Source: Octopus vulgaris
Taxonomy: Eukaryota
Length of the DNA stretch: 64,000 bases
NCBI GenBank assembly: GCA_951406725.2
Contig: OX597831.1
Location: 52,080,001 to 52,144,000 of the forward strand
Direction: 5' to 3'
Shown: piece by piece, positions 39,759 through 51,760 of the stretch
Position numbering within the stretch: the first letter of the stretch is position 1
How the letters are laid out: each line of letters opens with the position of its first letter
The notes under the pieces: model-generated
The model's database searches: none
The model's input: the letters and a program-made list of their open reading frames with translations, nothing else
Told to the model about the DNA's origin: nothing
Translations under genes and position numbers: made by a program

Positions 39759-42177
39759 GTAAATATATACATATTTAAGATTGTTTGGTATTAAGCTCTT
39801 CACTATCACATAGCTCTGTGGTTAGAGTGTCAGGCTCACATTCATGAGATAGTGAGTTCGATTCCCAGACCAGACTGTGTGTTGTGTTCTTGAGCAAGAA
39901 GCTTATTTCGTGTTACTCCAGTCCATTCAGCTCTAGAAATGAGTTGCAATGTCATTGGTACCAAGGTGTATAGGCCTTTGCCTTTCCCTTCGATAACAGT
40001 GATGGCATGGAGAGGGGAGGCTGGTATGTATGGTCAACTGCTGTCTTCCATAAACATTCTTGCCTGGCTTTGTACCTTGGAAAGAAACTTTCTAGGTGCA
40101 ATCCCATGCTCATTCGTGACCCAAAGGGGGTCTTTACTTATGGAGTATAGAACATCAATGACTTTTGTCTACTGTTTTTGACACTGGATTGTATTTTCTG
40201 CTTCTCTCAAGTTGGGTTCCTGCTCTTTCAGTTTTGCTTCAGTATCCCTTCTCAGCTATTTTTAGGATGTCATATGTTTCCCTAAGAGAAGGCCTTCCTC
40301 TCCCAGGTTTGGGTGGTTTGGAAGTGCTATCAACGCTTCTGTTACTGCTTTTTCTAGTTAGGAGTGTTGGCTCTATGCAAACCCAATTTTACTTCTGGGA
40401 AGAGGTGGACTATATTAGTCTGACCTCTAACCTTTGACCTGTCCAGCATGGAAGGTCCTCCCAGGAGTTTATGTTCCACTAATACAGCTCTCAGTGTTCA
40501 TTGAGGTACACATGTTTCACATTGCAACAACAAGTGGATTTTGTGATGGGTACATAAGCTAAACTTAGATACCCATCAAATGTCAGTAGCTATGTTTAAA
40601 TCTTTTGTTACCATATTTTTGTTGAAACCCACTACCTTTGTTTCAGTTAATCTTGAAAATATTGCAGAATTTAGTAAAAGGAACTTTGTCATTATTAAAC
40701 TGGTGTTTGGAATATAAATTAACAGAGGATGTTGCTGTTGCTTTTTACAAATTGAAATGCAACTGCTATCATCTAACTTACATCAAATTGTATGCTGTAA
40801 CAAGTTGGTAAACTGTTAACCCATCATCATCATCTCATCATCATCGTTTAACGTCCGTTTTCCATGCTAGCATGGGTTGGACAGTTCGACCGGGGTCTGG
40901 GAAGCCAGGACGCTGCACCAGGCTCCAGTCTGATCTGGCAGTGTTTCTACAGCTGGATGCCCTTCTTAACACCAACCACTCCATGAGTGTAGTGGATGCT
41001 TTTTACGTGCCAGGGGAGGCTGGCAACAGCCATGATCGGTTGGTGCTTTTTACATGCCACCGGCACAGAAGCCAGTCAAGGCGGTGCTGGCATCGGCCAC
41101 GTACGGATGGTGCTTTTAGGTGTCACTGGCACACCCCAGGTTGCATTTTCACAACGCAAAACCTGCCCCTACTTGTTTGGACATGAACTCGCCAGGAAGC
41201 ATCTGACTGAGCATACAAAATGTTATGTAGGTAGTTGACACCTATAGCTAACAATTGCATACTGTCCTTCTCTTCCAGATTGTGAAAGCTTAACATAACA
41301 TTTAATCTAAATACAGTAAAATTTTAAGACTTCATTTTTTTTATAGGCATATATGGGTTAAATATGTGAGGATTTCAGTGTCACAGATGCATATAACACT
41401 CCAAATGCTGCAATGATTTTGACCCATTTTGAAAAAAAATCTGTTCTCTGGTTTCTGCTTGTGTATAAATGGAGCATGCATTGTACTACACTCACTTTTC
41501 ATATAGAATAGTTTTTCTCTGTTGGCCCCAAATTGTACAGGGTGACCAAAAACTGAACTATCCTCATGTTTTAGATCAGAGTATACTTTTCGTTGGCGGA
41601 TGTTTTGTCAAGAACTAAGGATTCATCACTCTCAAAAATGATCTTACACTGCATTCATTCATTATCTTGTGTATTTCTGTCCTTACATACGACTGAATAG
41701 TCCTTAACCCTATACTGGCATTTGTTCATTATATTCTCACCAGGTCTTGTTTCCATCTTCCTGAGTTCTTAATGGCGGTGCATCAGCATGGCCGCAGCCC
41801 TGAGCTGAAACTTTAAAAAACCCCCCAAAAAAAACCCCTCCTCACCAGGCAACCCTGATAGGGCAGCCAAATCAGTCACCAACAATCTGAACAGGGTTAC
41901 GTGTTACAGTGAACACACACTTAAGCATACTCCTTCTGTCTATTTCTTAAATTCTCTCTCTCTCTCTCCTCATTTGATCTACCTGTTCCCATTTTCTCTC
42001 TTACTCTGTCTTCATCCTTATTTGTTTTTCTGTCTTCTGTATCTTTCTCTTTTTCTTTCTTTCTCATACATTTTTCTCTCTCTCTTTATCTACTTCCCAC
42101 TCTGTGACTTCCTTCTGTTCTACTTCTCTTTCCTGCTTGATTTCAATTTTTCTTTCTTGCTCTGTTTTGAATTACAG

Positions 42178-42287
42178 GGGGTCGTGACACAGCTGGTTTA
42201 GGTGGAATTGGTGGTCCATATCGGCTTGACAGTGGACACAACGTCTTCCAGGTTTCCCAAGCTGAAAAAGATGCTGTCCCAGAAGAG
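42178..42287 (+). CDS. VWA8: VWA8 exon 13 (GRDTAGLGGIGGPYRLDSGHNVFQVSQAEKDAVPEE)
   Basis: ttacag acceptor and GAG|gtgagt donor; phase 1 to 0; GRDTAGLGG.GGPYRLD signature. Confidence 0.96.
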
Positions 42288-42985
42288 GTGAGTCACTTTA
42301 GTCATCTATTAACTCTTTTATATAGCTGTTTACCTATTAATTTAGCTGATTAGCAATCTTTTTGTCTATTAGCCTAAAACAGCCATCTATGTATCATGTC
42401 TAATATATATATATATATATATATATGCAGGTATGGCTTATAGGCATTGGCATGTCTGTGTGGTAAGAAGATTGCTTCCACACCACTTGAATCCAGGTTC
42501 AGTCCCACTGTGCGACACCTTGGACAAATGTTTTCTACTTTAGCCTCAGGCCAACCATTGTGTGTGTTTGTCCCCCCACCACCACCTGACAACTGGTGTT
42601 GGTGTGTTTATGTTCCCGTACAAGAGACCAATAGAATAAGTACTAAGCTTAACAAAAAAAAAAAAAAACAAGTACAGGGGTCACTTCTGTCGACCGAAAA
42701 TTCTTCAAGGCAGTGCCTCAGCATTGCCACAGTCATATGACTGAAACAAGTAAAAGTTCTTGTTGCTTTGTTAGTGGCTGATTTGAGATCCATGAAGAAG
42801 AACTTAAATCTCAAAGAAAATGTACCTAACTACCTACTTATCTAGCTACATACATACATACATACATAAATACAAACATGTGTATATACTTTCATATGTA
42901 CATACATATGACCACATATGTATGTACAAATGCACTTACATACATACACATATGCATATATATATACATACATATATATATATAT

Positions 42986-43377
42986 AGGTGCAGGAGTGGC
43001 TGTGTGGTAAGTAGCTTGCTTACCAACCACATGATTCCGGGTTCATTCCCACTATGTGGCACCTTGAGCAAGTGTCTTCTACTATAGCCTTGGGCCAACC
43101 AAAGCCTTGTGATTGGATTTGGTAGACAGAAACTGAAAGAAGCTTGTTGTATATATATGTGTATATATATATATGTATGTGTGTGTATATGTTTGTGTGT
43201 CTTTGTCACCCAACATCGCTTGACAACCAATGGTGGTGTGTTTATGTACCCGTAACATAGCGGTTTGGCAAAAGAGACCAATAGAATAAATACTAGACTT
43301 CCTGGGGTTGATTTGCTCGACTAAAGCCGGTGCTCCAGCATGACTGCAGTCAAATGACTGAAAGATAGTAAAAGAGT
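42986..43377 (+). mobile_element. Dominant-family SINE
   Basis: Full-length copy. Confidence 0.85.
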
Positions 43378-43680
43378 ATACTTACATATGTACATACATG
43401 CACACATGTATATGCATGTGCATACACACACACACACACACACACACAGGCATACAAATAGTATCCCTTAGATCACTGAAAGGGTTTGCTGACTCCAGTT
43501 CCGTGTGGAATACGGGTGACTAGGTGGTTGCTCAGAGAAATTTTGGGCTCTCTAAGATGGTGGTTGCGACAGAGCAGACATTGATAAAGATGAATAATTA
43601 TATTCTAATATCATATATCATATAACAAGTATGTTGAATTAATTGATGTAATTTATATATATCTGATAAATATGTTGCAG

Positions 43681-43727
43681 GTTCGAAGAGCTGCTCAAGA
43701 AATGGCTGCAAAAGCATTCAAAGAAAG
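43681..43727 (+). CDS. VWA8: VWA8 exon 14 (VRRAAQEMAAKAFKE), ends at a GC donor
   Basis: ttgcag acceptor; AAG|gcaagt donor gives the phase 2 required by the next exon. Confidence 0.88.
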
Positions 43728-44729
43728 GCAAGTATGAAGTGACAGCTACAACAACAACAATAATAGTAGCAACAACAACAACAATAACAACAAAATAACA
43801 GTAACAACAGTGATAATAATAGCAGCAAGTCACACAACAGTATTGTAAACTTTGACAACAGTAAAAGTAAATTCAGCAACAGCCATAATAATAAAAAACA
43901 ACAGTAAATCCTAATAGAATATTTATAAATATCAATTAGATTTCAAAAATCACCTTACAGCAATGTATACCAATTAGTGTTTGCATAATTAGAACATCAT
44001 CATCATCATCGTTATCATCATCATCATCATCATCATCAACAGCAACAGCAGTAATGATGGTACTGTTACCTACACTACACCTATAACATGAACAATAACA
44101 ATAACAACACTGACACTACTTGTATGACACATTTGCCAACAGGTTGTAAATAAATTTATATAAATATTTTGGGTCTCATTTCACTGCAAAGCTAAATCAT
44201 CATCATCATCATCATTATCATCATCATCATTATCATCATCATCATTGTCATTTAGCGTATGTTTTCCATGCTGGCATGGATTAGACGGTTTGACTGAAAT
44301 TGGCAAGCTGGAGGGCTGCACCAGGTTCCAATCTGATTTAGTATGGTTTCTATGGCTGGATGCCCTTCCTAATGCCAACTGCTCCAAGAGTGTAATGGGT
44401 GTTTTTTAAATGTGGATTTTTAAAGACACATCATCATCATCCTCATATGTTCATTTTTGTTGATTTTGGATGGTTTGACAGAGGTTGCCTAGACAGAAAA
44501 CTACACCAGACTTGACTGTCTGTTTCGGCAGGATTTTTACAGCTGGATGCCCTTCCTAACACCAACCACCTTACAAACTTATTCGTAAATAGCATTTTAG
44601 TTAATCAATATGCTTTTTCAATCATTTACTGATACACACAAATTAATCAAAAGTAGTGTCAATTGCTCATGAATTTTTTCATAAATACATGTAAATTACT
44701 GTCTCTCTATCTGTAGAATGGATGAGGTT

Positions 44730-44778
44730 AACATTCCTGATGAGCTGGTCATGACCAGGTGAAACTAGTCAAACTGTT
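44730..44778 (+). ncRNA. Minimal hammerhead ribozyme motif, core intact, stem I imperfect
   Basis: CUGAUGA-G-CUGGU(CAUG)ACCAG-GU-GAAA-CUAG-UC; palindromic stem III ACUAGU; GUC site. Confidence 0.68.
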
Positions 44779-44939
44779 TTACTTCAGTCTGTCCTTCAGA
44801 AGGAGTCCTTTGGTTTAATTACAGTGTTTATTTGTACAGCAAGACACAATTGATGTTTAAATGTACACTTGTAACTTTATTGTATTGTAGTATTTTAGTT
44901 AACAGCTGATGGATAGTGACTGTGTGGTGAAAAGCTTGC

Positions 44940-45167
44940 GGTGAGCTGGCAGAAACGTTAGCACGCCGGGCGAAATGCTTAGCGGTATTTCATCTGCCGC
45001 TACGTTCTGAGTTCAAATTCCGCCGAGGTCGACTTTGCCTTTCATCCTTTCGGGGTCGATTAAATAAGTACCAGTTACGCACTGGGGTCGATATAATCGA
45101 CTTAATCCGTTTGTCCGTCCTTGTTTGTCCTCTCTGTGTTTAGTCCCTTGTGGGTAGTAAAGAAATA
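44940..45167 (+). mobile_element. Third SINE family (GGTGAGCTGGCAGAA head, GCCTTTCATCCTTTCGGGGTCGAT domain), young copy nested in another SINE
   Basis: 14-bp target-site duplication GGTRAAAAGCTTGC at 44926 and 45168; CpGs retained; older copies near 60, 625, 29500, 34090 and 47950. Confidence 0.85.
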
Positions 45168-45909
45168 GGTAAAAAGCTTGCTTCCTGACCACATGGTTCC
45201 AGGGTCAGTCCAAAAGAATGGCACCTTGGACAGGTGTCATCTACTATAGCCTTGGGTCCACCAAAGTCTTGTGAGTAGATTTGGTAGACAGAAACTGAAA
45301 GAAGCCCATCATGTGCGTGTGTGTGTGTGTGTGTATGTGTATCTTTATGTCTGTGTTTGTGTAACTTAGCAGTTCAACAAAAGAGACCAATAGAATAAAT
45401 ATCAGGCTTAAAATTAAGTACTGGAGTGAATTCATTTGACTAAAAAATTTTCAAAGTGATACCCCCAGCATGGCTGCAGTTTAATGACTGAAACAAGTAA
45501 AAGATAAAAGTAACACACACACACACACACACACACATATATTTTCACATGCATGCATGGACAGTAAGATAGGCATGAGTGTAACGGAATATATCTTAAT
45601 TCATCTTAAGTGTAATGTCCCAAATAGCACATCAAAAAGTTACGAGTAAATATCTCAGTACTATGATAAGGCACTTGTTGAAGAAAAACACTGGAAGGAA
45701 AATCAGATATCCCATATTAAATGAGACAGTGAGAAGCTTCCCCACCCATAACACATATATATGAGGCTATTAAAAGAAAAAAAAGATAAAAAAAACTTTT
45801 TAAAATCTGATACACAGATGATTGAATTAAAACATGTTGATTTACAAATAAATGAAATTCTAATATTTCTCTCTAATCTGATTTGTATTTGTTTTATTTA
45901 TCTGAGCAG

Positions 45910-46018
45910 ATTAAGGGAGATTAATATGAGTGAATATGATGCTGAAACCTATGACAGTTTTGCCCAGTCTGTCCGACGTCAAGTGCAGTCACTCCGTGTG
46001 ATACTTGATACTCTCCAG
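45910..46018 (+). CDS. VWA8: VWA8 exon 15 (LREINMSEYDAETYDSFAQSVRRQVQSLRVILDTLQ)
   Basis: gagcag acceptor and CAG|gtaggt donor; phase 2 to 0; MSEYDA..VRRQV.SLR motif. Confidence 0.95.
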
Positions 46019-46427
46019 GTAGGTAATGTCATCATCATCATCATTGTCATCAACAATTAATGTACATTTTCTATATTGGCATAGATTGGATGGCTTGACA
46101 GGAACTAGCGAGGCCAGGGGCTGCACCAAGTTCCATAGTCTGTTTTGGCTTGCTTTTTAGAGCTGGATGCCCTTCCTAATGTCAACCTCTTTACAGAGGA
46201 TACTGGATACTTTTTACATGGCACCATCACCAGTGCTTTTAATATGACACCATCACCAGTGCTTTTTACATGGCGCTAGCATCAGTGCTTTCTGTGTGGC
46301 ACCAGCACCAGTGCTTTTTATTTGACTCCACCATCCATAGCAATGCTTTTTACATGGTACCTTGGTTTTAGGATCTCAATTCTGTTATGGAGGGTGGGTT
46401 TTCTCAAGTACAGCAATGTGTTACATA

Positions 46428-46592
46428 TAGGCATAGGAGTGGCTGTGTGGTAAGTAGCTTGCTTACCAACCACATGGTTCCGGGTTCATTCCCACTGTGT
46501 GGCACTTTGGGCAAGAGTTTTCTACTATAACCTCAGGCCTACCAAAGCCATGTGAGTGGATTTGGTAGACAGAAACTGAAAGAAGCCTGTTG

Positions 46593-46637
<45 letters not shown>

Positions 46638-46680
46638 GTACATATATGTTTATATATATGCATATGTTTTATTTTATTCA

Positions 46681-46740
<60 letters not shown>

Positions 46741-46958
46741 CATATGTTTGTGTGTCTGTATTTGTCCCTACTACCATCGCTTGACAACCGATGCTGGTGT
46801 GTTCACGTCCCCTAACTTAGCAGTTCGGCGAAAGAGACCGATAGAATAAGTACTAGGCTTACAAATAATAAGTCCTGGGGTTGATCTGCTCGACTAAAGG
46901 CAGTGCTCCAGCATGGCCACAGTCAAACGACTGAAACAAATGAAAGAGTAAAAGAGAG
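46428..46958 (+). mobile_element. Dominant-family SINE with expanded internal (TA)n
   Basis: Full-length copy. Confidence 0.85.
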
Positions 46959-47853
46959 TATATCTTGGTCCTCTGTCATCTCCTTCGTAAAAATATCTGA
47001 GAATTTATTGCAAATAGTTAGTGGCACAAGTATTTCATTTACTTTGGTTCATTTCATATTTATTTCATAACCTTCTCTCGTGGCCTAATGTTATTCTGTT
47101 AAACAACCATATGATCTTTTAGAAAATGCTGATACAGGCTGCACTCCAATAACCCCACACTCACTTTAAGCTGACACTTTTTTTCTACTGTTATTATGCT
47201 GGCTGCTGCTTTTCTGAGCTTGACAGCTGTATCATCATCATCATCATCATCATCATTTAGCATCTGCTTTCCATGCTAGCACGGGTTGGACGGTTCAACT
47301 GGGGTCTGGGAAGCCAGAAGGCTGCACCAGGCCCAGTCTGATCTGGCAATGTTTCTACGGCTGGATGCCCTTCCTAACGCCAAGCACTCCGTGAGTGTAG
47401 TGGGTGCTTTTTACGTACCACCGGCACAGGTGCCAGATGGGGCTGGCAACGGCTCCGATCAGATGGTGCTTTTTACATGCCACCGGCACAGAGGCCAGGC
47501 CAGGCTGCAACGCCCACGATCGGATGGTGCTTTTTAATCTATTTAACTCCCCAAAAATGTACCTCATATTTCTACAACTTAGCTAAACGTAGCAAATATA
47601 TATATTAAACAGGGAATAAGCTGTTCACTTTGTAACCATTTGTTTTTCATGTTTGATCTCACTGTATGGTACTTTAAGCAAGTCTCTTCTATTATAAAGA
47701 CTCAGGTTAACCAATGCCTTGTGAGTGAAATTTGGTAAACAAAAGCTATACAGGACTGCTTTTGATATCGTTTTAGGGTTGATAAAAAGTATCGGTCAAA
47801 CCTAGGAGCTGATGATGTTAGCTAACTTTCTCCCACACAAGTTCTGGCTTTGA

Positions 47854-47910
<57 letters not shown>

Positions 47911-47917
47911 GCTACCG

Positions 47918-47949
<32 letters not shown>

Positions 47950-48198
47950 GTGGTGAACTGGCAAAATCATTAGCACAGCAAGCTAAATGCTTAGTAGCAT
48001 TTCTTCCAGTTTTCCGTCCTGAGTTCAATTCCTCTGAGGTTGACTTTATCTTTTTGGGGTCAATGAAATAAGTACCAGTCAAGTACTGGGGTTGATATAA
48101 TGAACTTGCCTCCTTCTTCAAAATATCAGGCCTTGTGCTTGTTATTGAAACGATTTTTGTTGTCTTATTTTATTTTTGGTTTTGTTTTGTTTCTCCAG

Positions 48199-48324
48199 GC
48201 AAAAGGCAAGGAACGTCAATGGTTAAAACAGCAGCCTCAGGGAGATCTTGATGAAACAAAGTTGATTGAAGGAATTGCTGGTGAGAAAGCAATTTATAAG
48301 CGCCGAGGAGAGCAAGAACCTGAG
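48199..48324 (+). CDS. VWA8: VWA8 exon 16 (AKGKERQWLKQQPQGDLDETKLIEGIAGEKAIYKRRGEQEPE)
   Basis: ctccag acceptor and GAG|gtaaga donor; phase 0 to 0. Confidence 0.96.
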
Positions 48325-48879
48325 GTAAGAAATAGAGATCTAGAGAAAGAGAGGGTGAGACCAAGAGAGTGAGAGAGGGAAAGGGTGAGGGCAAGACAGT
48401 GAGGGAAAGGGTTAGAGGAACAGAGAGTGTAGGTAGGTAAGTTTGTGAGAGATTGAAAAATGAGGCAGATTTGTTAAGAGATGAAGATTGGGGTGGTCCC
48501 AGTGAATGAGGCACATGGTTGAGGTGTGGCTAATCAATAGTGAATATTAGTTTGGCAGAAAAGGGAAGGAAATTTGAAATTCTTTGCGGGTGCAAACACA
48601 AGAACAGGATTCTTCTGTCGAACTTTAGGACATCACCTGTTCTGGATTGAGTTGTTGTCTAGCAGACTTTGACATATTTTCTGTTATTTTGTTCTGTACC
48701 AGTTGCATTAATTGTAGATTCTGCAATCAAAGAGGTCGGGAATCTTGGTATCTTGCTTTTGTTTCTTTCTTCTCATTCCACTTTTTGCATCAGCCTTCAT
48801 GGTTTTCTTTTCAGTTTTTTGCTTTTTTTCTCACTGTCCAGCATCTTTGTTTTTAAAATATATCTAATGCATAAACAGA

Positions 48880-50030
48880 ACTTGAAAGATTGTTTGGAGA
48901 TACATGACATATTTTACAAATATGCTGAGTTAAAGTGTCATATAGGCATAAAACTATTGAGCTCTTTCAGTGGTATGTATAAGACTTTCATAAATATTTA
49001 CTAGAAACTTTACTTAGATGACTGCCTGATTCTGTGGATGCATACATTTGACCAGCTTATTAATTTCAAAAATTTCCGAATTAGCAGCATATACAATAGT
49101 ATTAACTTCACTATGGAATACAGTGAAACTCACCTACCACACCTGGGCATTCTAATCATCAAAACAGACACAAACATTGAAACAGACATTCATTACGAAC
49201 CAACAGATTCTAAACAATACTTGCTGTTCTCCTCATGCCATCCCAAACACATGAAGATTAATATTCCATTTAATCTAGTAAGAAGAATCTGCACAATTGT
49301 TTCAAATTACGAATCTTGTAATAAAAGACTCCAGGAATTAAAGCAAATACCACTTGAAAGACAGTGTCCATCAATGTTAATAGATAACGAAATATAATGT
49401 TCCAAAACAATAGACATTCAAGAACTACAAAAAACACTTCAGATACAACCCAATACAACACACGACCCCCCCCCCAAATACAGAGATTTACAACATTATC
49501 CACCAGATCATTCCACTACTGAGACAAGACCTAAGAATGAATCAAGCACTTGAAATGTACAAAATAATCGAAAGACAATCAAAATCCTTCAAAGTGTTAA
49601 ATTACCCTCCACAGGCCTCACACCAATGTTCAGAAAGTGTGGCTACCTTAATTGTGGCACCTGCATCAACCTCATTGATGATAAAACATAAATTTAAATC
49701 AAGACAGATTTTGGCCATAAAATATTGTTTTAGCTGTTTGTCAAGAGATATAATATCTGCTATTAAATGTAAAGGATGTAATAAGGATTACATAGGTCAA
49801 ACAAAACTTACTCTCAGAATTAGACTGATTATTCATTGTCAACATATATGAGACTCTAGTACAAGACAGATCCCACTGAGTGGACACATAAGCATGTTTA
49901 AAAAATAAGTCCACAAAATTCCAAGTCTTCCCACTTTGCCTTTTTCCTGTCAATACCACAGATAAATTGTGAGTAAAGAAAGAAAATATATTCACACAAA
50001 AGTACAAATCAAGACTGAATAAACTTTAAC
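48880..50030 (+). mobile_element. Penelope-like element remnant (RT C-terminus, Cys-rich linker, GIY-YIG endonuclease; Neptune-type)
   Basis: YLDDC, INFTME, PTDSKQYLLFSSCHPKH..IPF, and CKGCNKDYIGQT..LR.R..H motifs; tail partly repeated at 50950-51050. Confidence 0.85.
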
Positions 50031-50332
50031 AAGATATATTCACCAACAACTACTTGCACATAAACACATTCTAGTCTTGATGTGTTGAATTTACACAGCC
50101 AACAACCTTAACTTTGGGCACAATCATGACTTTTTCTCACATGACACAAATGTATGAATTTAGTGGAGATCAAAATTTTATGCCTACATACATACACACT
50201 TATGTATGTACATACATACATACACATATACACATACATATATACATACACACATACATATATACATATATACTTTTGTACATGCATACTTGTATACATA
50301 CATACTTGTATACATACATACATACATACATA

Positions 50333-50732
50333 TTCTTTTACTCTTACTTGTTTCAGTCATTTGACCGTGGCCATACTGGAGCACCGCCTTTAGTCGAGGA
50401 AATCGACTCCAGGACTTATTCTTTGTAAGCCTAGTACTTATTCTATCGGTCTCTTTTGCTGAACCACAAAGTTACGGGGCATAAACATACCAGCATCAGT
50501 GTCAAGCGATGTTGTGGGGGGACAAACACAGACACACAAACACACACACATATATATACATATACATACGATGGGCTTCTTTCAGTTTCTGTCTACCAAA
50601 TCCACTCACAAAGCTTTGGTTGGCCCGAGGCTGTAGTAGAAGACACTTGCCCAAGGTGCCACACAGTGGGACTGAACCCAGAACCATGTGGTTGGTAAGC
50701 AAGCTATTTACCACACAGCTACTCCTACGCCT
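50333..50732 (-). mobile_element. Dominant-family SINE
   Basis: Reverse-complement full-length copy. Confidence 0.85.
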
Positions 50733-51725
50733 ATACATTACACACACACATACATACACACGCACATGCACACACATACATACATCCAAACACACAAACA
50801 AATAAATCATATCCATTCAGCCTCTGGATATTCTAAATTTGCAAGGCCTTGATTTTTTTTCACTCTCAATAGTCACATGCAGTGAAACACAACTTTAACT
50901 TTCGGATTACTTTTCTTGTCTAGACTTATGTAGGACAATTAATTTCCCCAAATTCCAAGTCTTTTCACTTTATCTTAATTCAAACAATACCACAATTCAA
51001 ACGTGAATAAATAAATAAAATATATTTACACAAAAATACATCAGCAAGCCACTCAAACACTAACCCATGGATAATAAAGGAGAGCTAACAAAATTCAATG
51101 ACAACATACAAACAATTCCTATCCACTCTACCACTTGACAAATTAAATTTAGAGAGCCTTGATTGTTTGGAACTGTCACTCATCCTTGTCTAGTCATATG
51201 ACATTAACATAGTGGTGGCAGCAGGGGAGGGTGGAGCTAACAAAAATTTCTAAGCCTAATCATGTGATCATTCTCTGCCAATCAAATTGTATCCTAAACA
51301 GATACTAATTTGGGCCATGTTCTCTCCATAAAAACAAGAGAAATTTCAGACTCCAGTTGTCGCATAACCCCAGATCTTTCTATCTCACTTAACTCTTGAA
51401 AACCCAAAAAAATCTGTGAAGCTGATTTATTTAAAAATAAATCATCTAAATGACTCCCAGTGCATTTCAGCTTCTTTTTACTACATTTCTACCTGTGTGG
51501 AATAAAATAACTTTCTTTCCTATACACAAGAAGACACTTGCCCAAGGTGCCATGCAGTGGGACTGAACACGGAACCATGTGGTTGGTAAGCAAGCTACTT
51601 ACCACACAGCCACTCCTACGCCTATATATATATATATATGTATATATTCAAAATGTGACTGCTTGTGTACCGTTGGCGATTTTTTTTTCTCCATCTTCCC
51701 TTCTTTGGATCTTTCCTTTTCCTAT

Positions 51726-51760
51726 GTTTCTGACGAAGAGCTACGCTCGAAACGTTAAGC
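51726..51760 (+). ncRNA. Minimal hammerhead ribozyme motif with complete core, inside a pseudo-LTR-like unit (about 51655-51862)
   Basis: GUUU-CUGACGA-A-GAGC(UAC)GCUC-GAAA-CG-UU-AAGC; palindromic AACGUU; related decayed motifs at 25679-25714 and 60187-60222. Confidence 0.78.

Noticed and set aside
41565-41640. Minus-strand GUGAUGA...CGAAAAGUAUACUC hammerhead-like string
   Set aside because: Core mismatch and poor pairing in stems I and II.
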